From NCBI GenBank assembly GCA_964016885.1, contig OZ024743.1:104780001-104844000 (forward strand): 64,000 bases of DNA, written 5' to 3'. The stretch comes from Eledone cirrhosa (Eukaryota). This document shows, piece by piece, positions 1 to 12,920 of the stretch. Every line of letters begins with the position of its first letter. Position 1 is the stretch's first letter. Under the pieces are notes generated by a model. The model was not told the origin of the DNA, searched no databases, and saw only the letters and a list, made by a program, of their open reading frames with translations. The position numbers and the translations under genes are program-made.

Positions 1-219
1 ACAACACCATACTTCAGGACTGGGCATATCAAAAGATTGAAATAACAGAGGTAAACCTTGTTCCATAATTATGTTTCTCCGTTTTTTCTGTTCAAGTTCT
101 AGCTGTCTGATGAGCTCATAGCTGTTGAATAATGGTTATCACCGAAATATATATAACAGCGAATATGAATAAACGATGTTAATTTTAACTTGTTGGTTGA
201 CTTACACTTCTTGTTTTTA

Positions 220-221
<2 letters not shown>

Positions 222-297
<76 letters not shown>
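222..297. repeat. (TA)n microsatellite, representative of dozens of (TA)n tracts across the window
   Basis: Pure TA dinucleotide run; similar runs at about 1983, 2401, 8834, 9331, 16493, 17141, 17461, 30053, 31180, 32240, 35300-36540, 45482, 46070, 50608, 54901 and 58927. Confidence 0.98.
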
Positions 298-300
<3 letters not shown>

Positions 301-1091
301 GCATGCATACATACATACATACATATATACAAATACAAGGAATCACTAAAGTTGACACTGGGAAAAGAGAAAGCAGATCCATAGGAAGTTGAAGCAAGCA
401 AAGTTTAAAACAGGCCTGGCCAAAATGTTTGGAGCAGTGGGCTGCATAGGACACGGCCCATCATAAAGTGGTCCGCACTGCTAAAAGATTCCAGGCCAGT
501 TTAAAATTAGGCATGCCATTATGAAACTCGAACGAGCCATAGTTTTCCCACGACTTGTTTAGAATGTTGAAGATTAGTCGCTTTTTTGTGGGTGTCATTT
601 GAGCCATAACGTTGGAGGTCCCCAGGGTGCAAGGTTGGCAGTTAAGTTGCTAGGTGAGAAATAACGTGACTAGCTGCAGTTTTATGGACTTGAAGATTTC
701 CATGGAACCGATCATCTACACGGCGATTCTTCTTGACTATATATAATGCATTGCCGAGTTTATATATTAGAATAATGAGGTATAGACGAAATAGTCAGTC
801 AGTCACATTGGTCGTATACGTGAAACGTGGTAGAAGTAATTTGGGGGCGATGAAGTAACAAGTATGACCCCAGGAGCAGAAACAAGTAGAAGTTCCAAAT
901 TGAGGGTGATTAGAAACAAAGAAACTCCTGATAAATGACAGGCTTTGTTTTCATCTTAGCGAGGGGGTGGGCCACTTTGAACCAACCTTTTATACCCTTC
1001 CTGAGACCAACACTTTCAGTGGCTTCTTATAATATGCAGGGATACAGTGTACTTATTCTAAACTGAATACACAATGCAAAATAGACCATGT

Positions 1092-1260
1092 ACAATGTAC
1101 CATACAGTTACATAAATCCTTTAGAATGTACCATAGAGTTACATACAGTATTAGCAATGTCCCATACAGAAACATACAGTATTAACAATGTACATACAGT
1201 AATACTGAGTATTTACAATGATAGTATTTACAATAACATAGAGTATTTACAATGATAGTA
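1092..1260 (+). repeat. Diverged short tandem repeat, unit about 30 bp (CAATGTACCATACAGTTACATACAGTATTA-like)
   Basis: Several imperfect copies of aatgtaccatacagttacata...; degrades into gagtatttacaatgatagta repeats. Confidence 0.6.
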
Positions 1261-1978
1261 GTTGCCGTCCGGCAAATAGTGAAATGTTTAAGGGCCTTGA
1301 TTATGATGTGGTGTTGAATAGTGTTGAAGCAGCTGGGTTGGAAGGAAGGAATTGAAGAGGCAGAGAATTCGGTTCTTAGTTGTGTAGGTCGTGGTAAGAT
1401 AAGGATTGTTTCGGCTAATGACTGAGGTTCGAGAGAGAGAGAAGCGTCCACAAGAAGTTGGTGGTATCTCACGCGAGGAAAAACATGGACACATTTTCTC
1501 CATCGTAATATCAAGGTCGGAATCTATGAGGTAGAGCTCGAAAAGAGATAGCAAAATTTTGTGTGCGAAGAACTTGAAGAAGCAAAGTCGATATAGGAAT
1601 GATAGTTTGTTGATTTATAGTATAAAAGAGACGAAGAGGTAGATGATGACGATAAAAAACAGAAATGTCTGCAAGCAGACTAAATAAATATACTGCAGTC
1701 ATCGCTTTAGCTTGTCAGGAACAAAATATAGTGACAGGCACCAAACATATACCGAAATTTAGTAGTCGATGTATATGTCGTTTGTAATCACACAAGATCA
1801 CAAATCAATGCCAAAAAAGTAAATACCAGATGACCCGAAAGGCTCCGTTAAAAATACAGGGAGAGGAAAAATAGTCCATAAGCTTATAATTTTAAGGAAG
1901 GGGGATGCGTGAATGTCGAGCGAAGAGGATATAAAATTGCACTGATGAATTTATATTCAATACTTACAAAGGAGTCTG

Positions 1979-2036
<58 letters not shown>

Positions 2037-2038
<2 letters not shown>

Positions 2039-2190
2039 GTGGTGGGTCAGAAAAGTTCCAGGACTGATGTCACAAAAGATTTATTTCAAACCCAAACTTC
2101 ACACTAAGAGTTTTCTCCTTCAAAGTAATCCCCCTGGAGTATGTAACTGTAATCTTAGCTCTCTGCAGCGATCAAACTTTTTTCTTCATA
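2037..2190 (-). mobile_element. Mariner-type DNA transposon 3' end relic (TIR plus transposase C-terminus)
   Basis: Starts after TA with a mariner-like terminus (cgtggtgggtcagaaaagttccaggact); the minus strand encodes KFDRCRE...LQGDYFEGENS*, matching the GDYFEG C-terminal motif of mariner transposases. Confidence 0.7.
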
Positions 2191-2399
2191 ATTTTATATA
2201 CATGTCCACTCTTTCAGGTCGTCAAGCAATGAGCACAGAGCAAGTTTATAAGTTCCATACGCCAGTGGTATCCCCTGTAACCTGATAAACACACACTCAC
2301 TCTCATGCCTTTTCTTCTCTATATTATATTTGAAGAGTCCAGGGTTCTTCTTCCTTTGAGCTCATGAATTACAGGGACTAACAAGAGTTTCTGACTCCG

Positions 2400-2450
<51 letters not shown>

Positions 2451-2464
2451 TGTGTATATATATA

Positions 2465-2545
2465 TTCGCTGATGATGCCTACGGATTATCTGTTACAAAT
2501 ACAATTCTCAGTGCGAAACAGATTAAATTTCTAATCTACCCGGGA
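2465..2545 (+). ncRNA. Degenerate type I hammerhead ribozyme relic
   Basis: ttcg-CTGATGA-tgc...gtgc-GAAAC-AGATTA-aatttc-TAATCT-acc-cggg: both core boxes and stem III are present, but the GUH cleavage triplet is mutated (ACC). Confidence 0.45.
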
Positions 2546-2919
2546 GATCAATAGTTATTGAAACGGTCAGTACATTTTACTCTTTATCCTGTATTTTCCG
2601 TTTGCTTCAGGTTAAATCTGTCAAACCAACGTGGTATCTCTACCCTCATCATTTTAAACGCACAATTTACTGTGTTTATTACTACATATATTATTATTAT
2701 TATTATTATTGGCGACCTACGTAGTAAATCGTATCATCGTGAGCTCCGCAAAGGTTTGTTATTTCCGTTTGTTAAAAATTGCCATTTATGGAAAATTTTA
2801 TTGTTAACTGTTTATAAGCACACATACATTGTTTTCCGAAAAGGACACCCAAAAAGATTGGGGCCTTGTGCCCAAAATTTTAACTTTTATTATTATCAAA
2901 AAATTTCTTTGAAAAAAAA

Positions 2920-4905
2920 ATGGCTAATTCCCCTCTGCACGAAGCAGCTGAAAGCCTTCCTCACAAATTAACACCTCACACCGACACCACCATTGTAAAT
3001 GTTACTACGTTTGCCAACACAAAAAAAATATAAGCAGTAGCAATATTTTAAATTTGTCTCAGGCAGACATTCATTTCCCGCCATTACCAATGACTGCAGG
3101 TGTTAAAGCCTCCACCACCACCACCACCGCGACAACCACCACCACCACCACCACCACCGCGACAACAGAAACAAAAGAAGAAAAAAATAAATTAACTCGT
3201 GATGTCGAAATGAAATCAAGCAAAATGGACTCTTCCCCACCAAAGACGACTGACGTCACCACCACCACAACTGAAACTAAAATTAATATTAACGATAGCA
3301 ACAACAACAACAATGACATTATAAAACCGACCCTCAGTTTCGCCAGAGTAGCAAAACAATTCGAAGCTTGTACGGTAACTCAGGAGGATTTAGAAAATGC
3401 CAAACAAATGGTAAAGAAAGATGGGTACAGGGTCAGCCTCACCCCCCCCCACCTAATAAAATGGAGCATCGGCGCCTATGCACCGTGTCGTATAGAACAA
3501 TAAATGTAAAATCGCGCCGAGTGGAACGGGCATCCGAGTCCCAAATCCAAAAAGCTTTGGGATATGTGTGGGCAAGAAAAACCCACATCAGACGTGGGCA
3601 AAAGTATGGAACCGTGGATGTGTTCTTTGAAACACCAGAGGAGGCTAGAGAACACTCCATGGCCCCATTAAAAAGTGACGACTTCACACTCGTCCCAAGC
3701 TATTGTGGCCAGAGACTCGTAAAGATCAGGGTGACCCACGTTCCACCGGCCATCGAAATTCCCTGGCTAATAGCGGCTGTCCTCGCCGGCATCGAGGCCA
3801 ACACGAAAATAATAACAATAGCAAAAGAAAAGCAGGAAAACTGGTCCGGATCTGGGATGGAGCTCCTGATCCAAGCGGACCAAAAAAGCATTGAGGAGAT
3901 CCCAGAGGTAATAGACCTCACTGACGGCAGCCACCTCACGGTAATTGTCGAGGGCAGAAGACCTAGGTGTGTAGTTTGTGGTGAAGGAACCCACCTAAGG
4001 GCTTTCTGCCCTCAGGCTAAAAGGTTGAGGCCACCTCTCCTACCCACCCCAGTGACACAACCATCAACACCACCAGTAGCAGAGATGGCAGCAACAACTG
4101 TAGCAGCAACAACAGAAGCAACTATAACAGCAACAACCCCAGCAACAGTAGCAAAAGCAACACCACTACCACCACCAGCAAAACCAACACCACCACCACC
4201 CAACACTTCAGAACTAGCACCAGCGCCTACACCATCCACCTCACCACAACCAAAACTAACGGCTGTGGAGGATTTTCCACTCTCCGGCCTATCACAACTG
4301 GAGACAGATTGTGACGACGAGGAGTGGGAAACGATATCCGGAAAAAAAAAAAGAAACCAAAAAAGAAAAAATTCTCTTCCTTCCCCCTCCAAAAACAAAA
4401 TACAGAGGGAAACAAATAAATTAAGAAACAAAAAAGTTAGGACAGATATGCCACCATCCACACCAGCATCACCAACCCCATCAACCCAAACACCAACACC
4501 ATCACCATCATTAACCCCAGCACCACCATCACCTACACCACAAAAGTCACCAAAATGCGAAACAGAAACAAACCCACAACAAACGCAAACAAAACAAAAC
4601 AACCAAAACGATACACACTACACAGCATTAAATTTGAACAACAAGCAATTATTACACTACATCCAACACAACACCAGCATCACAGAAAAAGACTACACAA
4701 CAACCCCAAAATTCACACCACCTCCACACATACAAATCACTCGCATCACACAGAAAACGTACATGACACTAAAACCAAAAATTCCCCAAAGACATCGGAG
4801 ACTTCCGACAAGCACTCTCCAGGAGAATTTATAAGGACATCCTTCCTGAGGAGGCCACAAGCAGTGAAAAGGATGGAAAAACCGTCCTTCCCCTACGAGA
4901 AGTAA
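2920..4905 (+). pseudogene. LINE ORF1 (gag-like nucleic-acid-binding protein), split by frameshifts
   Basis: Probable ATG at 2920 (MANSPLHE...), segments 3054-3503, 3368-4834 and 4555-4905; CX2CX4HX4C knuckle CVVCGEGTHLRAFC; Pro/Thr-rich and KKKR basic tracts; breaks lie at A-runs and a C-run near 3442-3450. Confidence 0.8.
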
Positions 4906-4944
4906 GGTAAGTGGTCTTTCCCATCTTTTCCACTCCTTTTCAAC

Positions 4945-7900
4945 ATGACCTCACTCAGAATAGGCAGCATAAATGCGCGTGGCTTGGGGTCGTCATGGAA
5001 GCAGGGCCGCCTGCTCAACGACCTCAGGTCACTAAACATAGATGTAGTGGCCATCAGCGAGACCAGAATCTCCGAAGCACAGGCTTTCGCACCGATCTTC
5101 GGCGGCTACGATGTGTACGCATCTCCCAGCCGTCCGGGATCAGGGGGAGGAGTTGCTGTGCTTTTTCGGAGAGGTTTGGATCTTGCCATACGGGCCATCT
5201 TCCTGGACCCAGAAGGTAAGTTGGTGGTGCTGGACGTGACCAGCGGAGACGGGAAAGCTTTCAGGTTAGTGGCCGTCTATGCCCCGACAGGAGCAGGGCG
5301 GCCTGATTTCTTCCGGCGTCTGGAGACCTTTCTTGGAACGTCCCGCTCTTTAGTGTTAGTGGGCGACTGGAACGGGATCTTAGATGCACGCTGGGATTGT
5401 GTGGGATTAGTGGATAGGGAAGGAGGGTGCAAGAGTCTCACCAACCTGCTCAGACGTTTTGAACTGTCTGACAGGTACCGAATGGATTTCCCGAATGTAC
5501 CAATGTGGACTTGGACAAATCGCATAGGGTTATCCAGATCATATCTAGATAGAGTATCTTGTAGGGAAATAGATAGGTCTAGCATAGGCTGTCCACAATT
5601 CAAGATAGTCAGCTACACGGACCACAAATTCGTGATCTGTGTGCTTGACTTAGATAGGCTTCATAGACGAGGACCCGGCTACTGGAAGCTAAACGCGTCC
5701 TTACCAGCGCGCAAGGCCTACAGAGACCTAATTAGCGAACTAGTTAAGCGGGCGTTGACGGGGGCCATCGTCAACAACAAGTGGTGGTTTGCTCTGAAAA
5801 GAGCAATTAGAATAGAGTCCATTAGGTTTAGTAAGACTTTAGCAATAGAGAAAAATAGAGCAGAGGGAGAATTAGTTAGAAAATTAGATGAGGCGCTTAG
5901 CAAAGGCATCGCGACCGACGTACTTGCGGCGAAATTGGCCCTTGACCAATTCTTCAATGCAAAGCACGAAGGCTGCGTTGTCAGAGCTAGGGTGCGTGCT
6001 CTCAGACACGAGGGGACGAAAGCCGTTCAATGGGCCCGAGTGGCGGAGGCGCGTCGTGGCAACAAAGCCACGATCCGGTCTTTGGTGGACCACGACGGGC
6101 GCATGCTACTCGATCCCGGGCAAATGTGTGAAGCTTTTCAGCGACACTTCGCTCAACTGTTCGGGGGCAGTGGCGGGCCGGATCGAGGGATGGACTTTAG
6201 TGTCTACCTCGACGGACTGCCGCGGCTTTCGGCCACCGAGGCGGAGTGTTGCGAAAAGCCGATAACAACCGCTGAAGTACGGGATGCAATGACTAGTTGC
6301 ACAAGGGGTAAATCGCCTGGTTTGGATGGTCTGCCCTATGAACTTTACGTACAAATGCGAAACTTGTTCGGAGGCCTCTTGGCGGACGTCTACTGCAACT
6401 GGCAACAGAACGGGAGAATTCCCAGCTCTGTGAGCCGAGGAGCGGTGGCGCTGCTGAGAAAGGATCCGAACAAGGGGGATAACATAGATAATTTTAGGCC
6501 CATAACTCTGCTAAACACAGAGTTCAAGATTTTGGCCAAGGTGCTAGCAAAGAGGTTGGCGCTTGCCGTTGGTGGTCTGGTGGGAGAAGCACAGACATGC
6601 GCCATTCCCGACAGATCCATCCACGACAACCTCCACCTCATGCGATACATCGTAGAGAGGGTAGCTAGGGAATCTGGCACGGGTGGGTCTTTGATCAATT
6701 TAGATCAGTCGAAAGCCTTCGATAGGGTCGACCATCGTTACCTAGCGGCAGTCCTGAGGGCGGCTGGCTTTGGGCCCGTCTTCAGAGGCTGGATCGCTGC
6801 CATGCACAGCGACATCTGCTCTGTAGTGAGAGTGAACGGTCACCTGTCGGAACCGTTCAACATCATGCGCTCGGTCCGCCAAGGATGTCCCCTCTCGTCC
6901 CTATTGTACGTATTGACTCTCGAGCCATTATTGCACAAACTGGAGACGTTGAGGGGGGTCCCGCGCGAACTAGGATGCGGAAGATCCGTGTCAGCATATG
7001 CCGACGATGTCACCGTAGTGGTGTCGAACGCCAAACACATCGAGGCGATCGGCACTACACTAAGAGAATACGAAGCGGTGACAGGAGCAATGATCAACCA
7101 GGAAAAGTCAGTGGGCCTGCAGCTCGGCACCTGGAGAGGCAGGTCCATGCCGTCCAACAGCGTCGTCGGGCGCTGGACGGACCGGTTAAATTGCTAGGGG
7201 TCTGGTTCGGTCCAGACCTCCAGACGGACAAAAACTGGGACGAGGTGACGAGCAGGGTGGCTTCTCTCACCCAGAAATGGGCCGAGAGGAAGCTATCTCT
7301 GAAAGGTCGAGCGGAGGTGGCGAATGCGTACATCGCATCCGTCATCTACTACCGCCTGACCGTCGTACCTTGTCCTAAGCCCCGCCTGACTGCGCTGGAG
7401 CGTTTGCTCTTTCGCTTCTTGTGGAAGGGACGCGCTCCGATGGTCAGGCGGTCCATCTGCTGTCAACACCCGCTACGTGGAGGGCTGGGCATGCCGTGGC
7501 TGATGATGCGCAGACACGCGCTCAGGCTACGACATCTCCACCTCTTCCTCGACGGTGATCAGGTGTGGTCGCCGTTTGCTAGACGCGTTTTTCCCCAGCT
7601 CGTCTCCTTGACAGAGCTGCAGTCCTGGGTCAAGCGAAGACCGAGAGGGAGCGCTTGGAGACTGGAATGTCTTCAGGCGCTCACAGCCCTCGGCCAATCG
7701 GGCAATGTCATCGGTGGAAACTCCACCTTGGCGTTCTATAGGGGTTTAGTGGAGGGGAAGAGCGACGACGTACTTGGAGAAACTCTAGGCGTCGACGAAA
7801 ATCAACTAGCCAATCTCTTCGGAAGGACTTTCGGGCCGGGGCCTATGGACAACTTCCAGAAATCCCTGGCCTGGCAGTGCTACCGAGGAGCTTTACCAGT

Positions 7901-8360
7901 TCGGGATAAACTCTACAGGCATGGAGGTGCCGTCAGCCGGGCATGTCCGAGATGCGCGCAGGGCGACGAAACCGTCCTGCACGCACTCGTCCAGTGTCCG
8001 AGCATTGCTGACTTGTGGGTTTATGTCGAACACCTGCTGTCACGTGTAGGACGGATCCAGCTATCAGCTGAGTCCATCGTGAGGATTGCCCCGCCCCCTT
8101 CCTTTAGCCGGGAAGGGCAGGCAGTTTTTATCTGTCTGGTGGCCATGGCGAAAGAGATAGTATGGTGGACACGTTTGAAAGGGCTGAAGACGAGCACTTA
8201 CCTCTTCGGTGATGCCCTGATTAACTTTTTCAAATTTCATTTGAAAAGGAAAATCAGGGTAGAGAGGGAAGTGCTCTCTTCCCAGCATTTTGTTGAAAGA
8301 TGGGTGAGAGAAGCAAGTATGGCCCGAATGAATGGGCCTTCTCTGAGTATGTGTCTGTAA
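4945..8360 (+). CDS. LINE ORF2: APE endonuclease + reverse transcriptase + zf-RVT, one frameshift near 7180
   Basis: EN motifs SINARGL, ISET, VYAP, GDWN, YLDRV, TDHK; RT motifs KSPGLDG, FRPITLLN, DQSKAFD, RQGCPLS, AYADD; the C-terminal frame (6885-8360 ORF) has CPRC...ETVLHALVQC. Confidence 0.92.
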
Positions 8361-8640
8361 ATTAAAGGTGGAAAACTGGGAGAGGGCACTTGCCCTGGTG
8401 GTCAGGGCCACTGTGGTCTTTTAATGGGCTTTCTCCACAAATGTCCCTTGGAAGTCTCCCCCCTATTGGGGAATTTTTCTTTGTTATTTTATTTCAACCT
8501 CTGTTTTTTTACACGCAGAAATGCCCATTTGTACCGTCCTGTATTGTCCTGTACTGTCCTTAATGTCTACTTTATGTGAACCCTTGTGGTTAATAAAGAA
8601 AACATTATTATATATTATTATTATTATTATTATTATTAAT

Positions 8641-8829
8641 GGCGGTGGATTGGCAGTATCAGTAGAGGGTCGGACGCCATGCTTTCCAGCATAGTTACGT
8701 CCCTTTACGATCTGAGTTCAAATCCCGCCGAGGTTGACTTTGCCTTTCATCCTTACGGGGTCGATAAAATAAAGTACCAGTAATGCACTGGGTAATTGCT
8801 GGCCTTGTGCCAAAAGTAGAAACAATTAT

Positions 8830-8832
<3 letters not shown>
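8641..8832 (+). mobile_element. tRNA-derived SINE (about 190 bp)
   Basis: A-box-like GGATTGGCAGTATCAGTAG, B-box GAGTTCAAATCCC, central GCCTTTCATCCTTACGGGGTCGATAAAATAAAGTACC, tail GTAGAAACA(ATT)n; many near-identical copies in the window. Confidence 0.9.
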
Positions 8833-8879
<47 letters not shown>

Positions 8880-8953
8880 CAAAGGAATTGTGGTAAGGAA
8901 CCAGATGGACCATAACGCACCAGAGTACTTAGGGTAGTAGAGTGGGAAAAAGC

Positions 8954-9063
8954 AAAAAGTATGACCCCGACGGCAGAGCTCAAGCCGTTTCGACGGCTAT
9001 TTCTGGACGTCCAGAAATAGCCGTCGAAACGGCTTGAGCTCTGCCGTCGGGGTCATACTTTTT
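8954..9063. repeat. Perfect 110-bp palindrome containing the 3' half of a hammerhead ribozyme in each arm
   Basis: 8954-9008 is the exact reverse complement of 9009-9063 with no spacer; the right arm reads ...ccgtc-GAAAC-GGC-ttgagctct-GCC-GTC-gggg. Confidence 0.9.
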
Positions 9064-9065
9064 CC

Positions 9066-9096
<31 letters not shown>

Positions 9097-9327
9097 TAAA
9101 GTAATATGATTCAAATACGAAAGCAAATAATTATAGGTGAATAAGTTATATAGCTAAAAAATACGGGATTATTTTACGTACACAAGGCTACATACAATTT
9201 CATAGAAGAACATGAAATCCTGGTACGAACAGGTTTTAATTTTAAAATGTAAACAAAAATGCTAAGGATGAAACGCACGCAAATTAAAATATGATACAGT
9301 TAGCAGTGTTTTACTTATTTCTCAATG

Positions 9328-9416
<89 letters not shown>

Positions 9417-9701
9417 ATATAGTATATGTATATTATTACCTATTGTTTTTTCCTAATCAGGTTCTAATTTTATCATGTTGAGATATTTCAAATAAAATGT
9501 TTTCATTTCCAGTTCAACATATTGTTATTCGATTGTTTATGACCCTTGTCTAAAAATCTATTTTTACTATGTATCTTATGATAAATTTGCACTTGAAATT
9601 TTAACTGCCTGTCTAAATGCTCCATTATTTGAATCCTCTCATGTTCTTGATATTTGTCTTATGGTATTAATTATTGTTATTTTGTTCTATGTATTTCCTA
9701 G

Positions 9702-9798
9702 CATCCATTTGCGGAAAAAATGCCGCTTATTAATTATTTAATAATTATCTCTATTATGAGTGCTTTATCCTAGCGGCATTTTTTCCGCAAATGGATGC
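9702..9798. repeat. Inverted repeat, about 27-bp arms
   Basis: gcatccatttgcggaaaaaatgccgct ... agcggcattttttccgcaaatggatgc. Confidence 0.85.
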
Positions 9799-11729
9799 GA
9801 TATTCTAGCCGCTTTGAAACATTCGTAGGGATGTATGAATAAATAATATTTTCTTATCCTTGACTTTATTAAAATTTTGAATTTCAAATGCTCTGCTACC
9901 TGAACCACACTCAATCATCCAGATTTTGCTCCTGAAGAACAGGGTACGGTAAAGTACATCGAGCTTATCACATCTTACCAATGAAAATAGGACTGGATGT
10001 CGTATCCGCTAGAAAATAGGTGCGAAGTATTAGTCACAGTATAAGCAGCTCAGCAAATTAAGAATTTGGAACAGAGAAATAGGGGCTACACTGGTGGAAG
10101 TAGTAGGTGGTAGAAGTAAGTCAGTGCACTAAAAGGAGTCAAGTTATTCAGTCTATGGTCAATCGTTCTGGTTCCTAAAGGGACTGGCTTATAACCCTTT
10201 AAGAACCAGAACGATTGTCCCCCGACTTGCAAGTACGAGAGTCCGTATAACATATGCTTGCTGGATACTAAAATGTAAATACCTCTTCAATATCAAAAAC
10301 AATTTTTTATTTACATCTGATCTCCTGTCTAACTAAACGGATTGAATAACTGTTGAATAACAACAATGTGCATAACGGTATGATGTAATGAAATAAACTG
10401 ATCTCGAGTAAGTGATATCACATTTTTTCCTTATATATATATATATAGAGAGAGGGGGGGGGGGGGAGGAGCGATATAGATAAAGATAAGTAGGTAGTTA
10501 GGGAAGTTGATAAATAAATAGATAAATAGACGGATAAGTAGTTAGGTAGGTACTAAGAAGAAACGCTGTGTGGTAGTTATTTAAATACGTAAATATGACA
10601 GATCCCTTGGTAGGTAGGTAAATATGCATATACAATAGATCTGCAGGTAGGTAGGAAAGTTGATGTCGCCAACTAGCCAGCCAAATAGACAAACAAACAT
10701 ACAGATATGTAGATAGAGAGACATTAAATGCGCAATAACACACGTAATAAAGACAGTTAGCTTTTAAATGACATTTCAGTATTTGATCCTAAATCCACGA
10801 TGTTTAATGAAAAGAGAAAATATCGTGCCATCACCAGGATAAAATATATATTTATGATACTGTACCAAATGATTGCCAAGCTAACATCTTAACTATTCGG
10901 CCATGTTGTATATGATACGGTTAAATAAATAAATATACTACTGGCGTGGTTTCATAAATATTCTTATCAGCCACGAGTTGTTGTTCTTGGCACTAAATCA
11001 ACAATTTCGCAAAGGAGAAAACAACAACAATAAAATATAGCAAAATACCAGACAAAATAAAACATTAAAAGATGATTTACTCTAATATATTTTTATGTGG
11101 GGGGTTTAGTAAAATATAAATTAAGGTAGACAATACATCGTATTTATATTGTTTGAGGTGTAAAGGTGAGTGTGGCAGATTACTGTTGTTCTATGTACAC
11201 ACACGTGTACTGTTGTAAACTAATATATACCCACAGACATACATATACATACATGCATGCATACACACATACATACATACACATTCGTACACACACGTAC
11301 ATACATACACACATGCATAAATAGATAGATACATACATACATGCACATGCGTACACACACGTACACACAAACATACACACATAGATAGATCGATAGATAG
11401 ATAGTTAGATTGATGGATAGATAGATACATACATACATAGATACATACATACATGCATACATACATACATACATAAATACATACATACATACATATATAC
11501 ATACATACATACATACATGCATACATACATATATACATACATATATACATATATACATACATATATACCTCGTGTGTCTCTGAGATTAATTTCAGGAATG
11601 GAAGAGGTTATCTTCATTGAAAAGATACAACTTACCGCCGCTGTCAACGCTTTGCCGTTCCCACGTCGCCGTCACAGTTTCACCGTCACTGCTTCGCTAA
11701 CACCGTTTCACCCTCCCCGTTTCACGGCT

Positions 11730-12920
11730 ACCGCTTCGTCGTTACCGCTTCGCCGTCACCGCTTCGTCGTTACCGCTTCGCCGTCACCGTTTCATCGTTG
11801 CCGCTTCACCGTTACCGCTTCGCCGTTACTGCTTCGCCGTTACCGCTTCGCCGTCACCGCTTCGCCGTTACAGCTTCGCCGTTATCGCTTCGTCGTTACC
11901 GCTTCGCCGTTACAGCTTCGTCGTTACCGCTTCGCCGTCACCGTTTCATCGTTGCCGCTTCACCGTTACCGCTTCGCCGTTACTGCTTCGCCGTTACCGC
12001 TTCGCCGTTACCGCTTCACCGTTACCGCTTCGCCGTCACCGTTTCATCGTTGCCGCTTCACCGTTATCGCTTTGCCGTTACCGCTTCGCCGTTACCGCTT
12101 CGCCGTTACCGCTTCGCCGTTACCGCTTCACCGTTACCGCTTCACCGTTACCGCTTCGCCGTTACCGCTTCGCCGTTACCGCTTCACCGTTACCGCTTCG
12201 CCGTTACCGCTTCGCCGTTACAGCTTCGCCGTTACCGCTTCACCGTTACCGCTTCACCGTTACCGCTTCGCCGTTACCGCTTCGCCGTTACCGCTTCGCC
12301 GTTACAGCTTCGCCGTTACCGCTTCACCGTTACTGCTTCGCCGTTATCACTTCGCCGTTACCGCTTCGCCGTTACCGCTTCACCGTTACCGCTTCGCCGT
12401 TACCGCTTCGCCGTTACCGCTTCGCCGTTACCGCTTCGCCGTTACAGCTTCGCCGTTACCGCTTCACCGTTACTGCTTCGCCGTTATCACTTCGCCGTTA
12501 CAGCTTCGCCGTTACCGCTTCACCGTTACCACTTCGCCGTTACCGCTTCGCCGTTACCGCTTCGCCGTTACAGCTTCGCCGTTACCGCTTCACCGTTACC
12601 GCTTCGCCGTTACCACTTCGCCGTTACCGCTTCACCGTTACCGCTTCGCCGTTATCACTTCGCCGTTACCGCTTCGCCGTTACCACTTCGCCGTTACCAC
12701 TTCGCCGTTACCGCTTCGCCGTTACCGCTTCGCCGTTACCGCTTCACCGTTACTGCTTCACCGTTACCGCTTCACCGTTACCGCTTTACCGTTACCGCTT
12801 TACCGTTACCGCGTCACCGTTACCACTTCGCCGTTACCGCTTTACCGTTACCGTTTCACCGTTACCGCTTCACCGTTACCACTCCGCCGTTACTGCTTCG
12901 CCGTCACAGTTTCGCCGTCA
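11730..12920 (+). repeat. GC-rich 14-bp minisatellite (CGCCGTTACCGCTT)n, about 85 units
   Basis: Direct reading; the 14-aa periodicity RRYRFAVTASPLPL in the ORF track confirms a 14-bp unit; edges are more diverged than the core. Confidence 0.95.

Larger units (their letters stand above)
2711..8602 (+). mobile_element. Near full-length L1-clade (Tx1-like) non-LTR retrotransposon inserted in an (ATT)n tract
   Basis: ORF1 with CCHC knuckle, ORF2 with APE endonuclease, RT and C-terminal zinc finger, 3' UTR ending AATAAAGAAA; (ATT)n on both flanks (2690-2710 and 8604-8638). Confidence 0.93.

Noticed and set aside
1182-1702. Overlapping minus-strand ORFs as a decayed TE or gene
   Set aside because: No recognisable domain motif; cannot be supported without a homology search.
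4903-4947. GTAAGT donor-like site and pyrimidine tract between ORF1 and ORF2
   Set aside because: Only about 40 nt with no AG acceptor before the ORF2 ATG; more simply an inter-ORF spacer.
3071-8411. Antisense and alternate-frame ORFs within the LINE
   Set aside because: Shadows of GC-rich coding sequence and trinucleotide tracts; no motifs.
8641-8740. tRNA gene
   Set aside because: A/B boxes are spaced too far apart, no cloverleaf, and the sequence is part of a multi-copy SINE with tails and TSDs.
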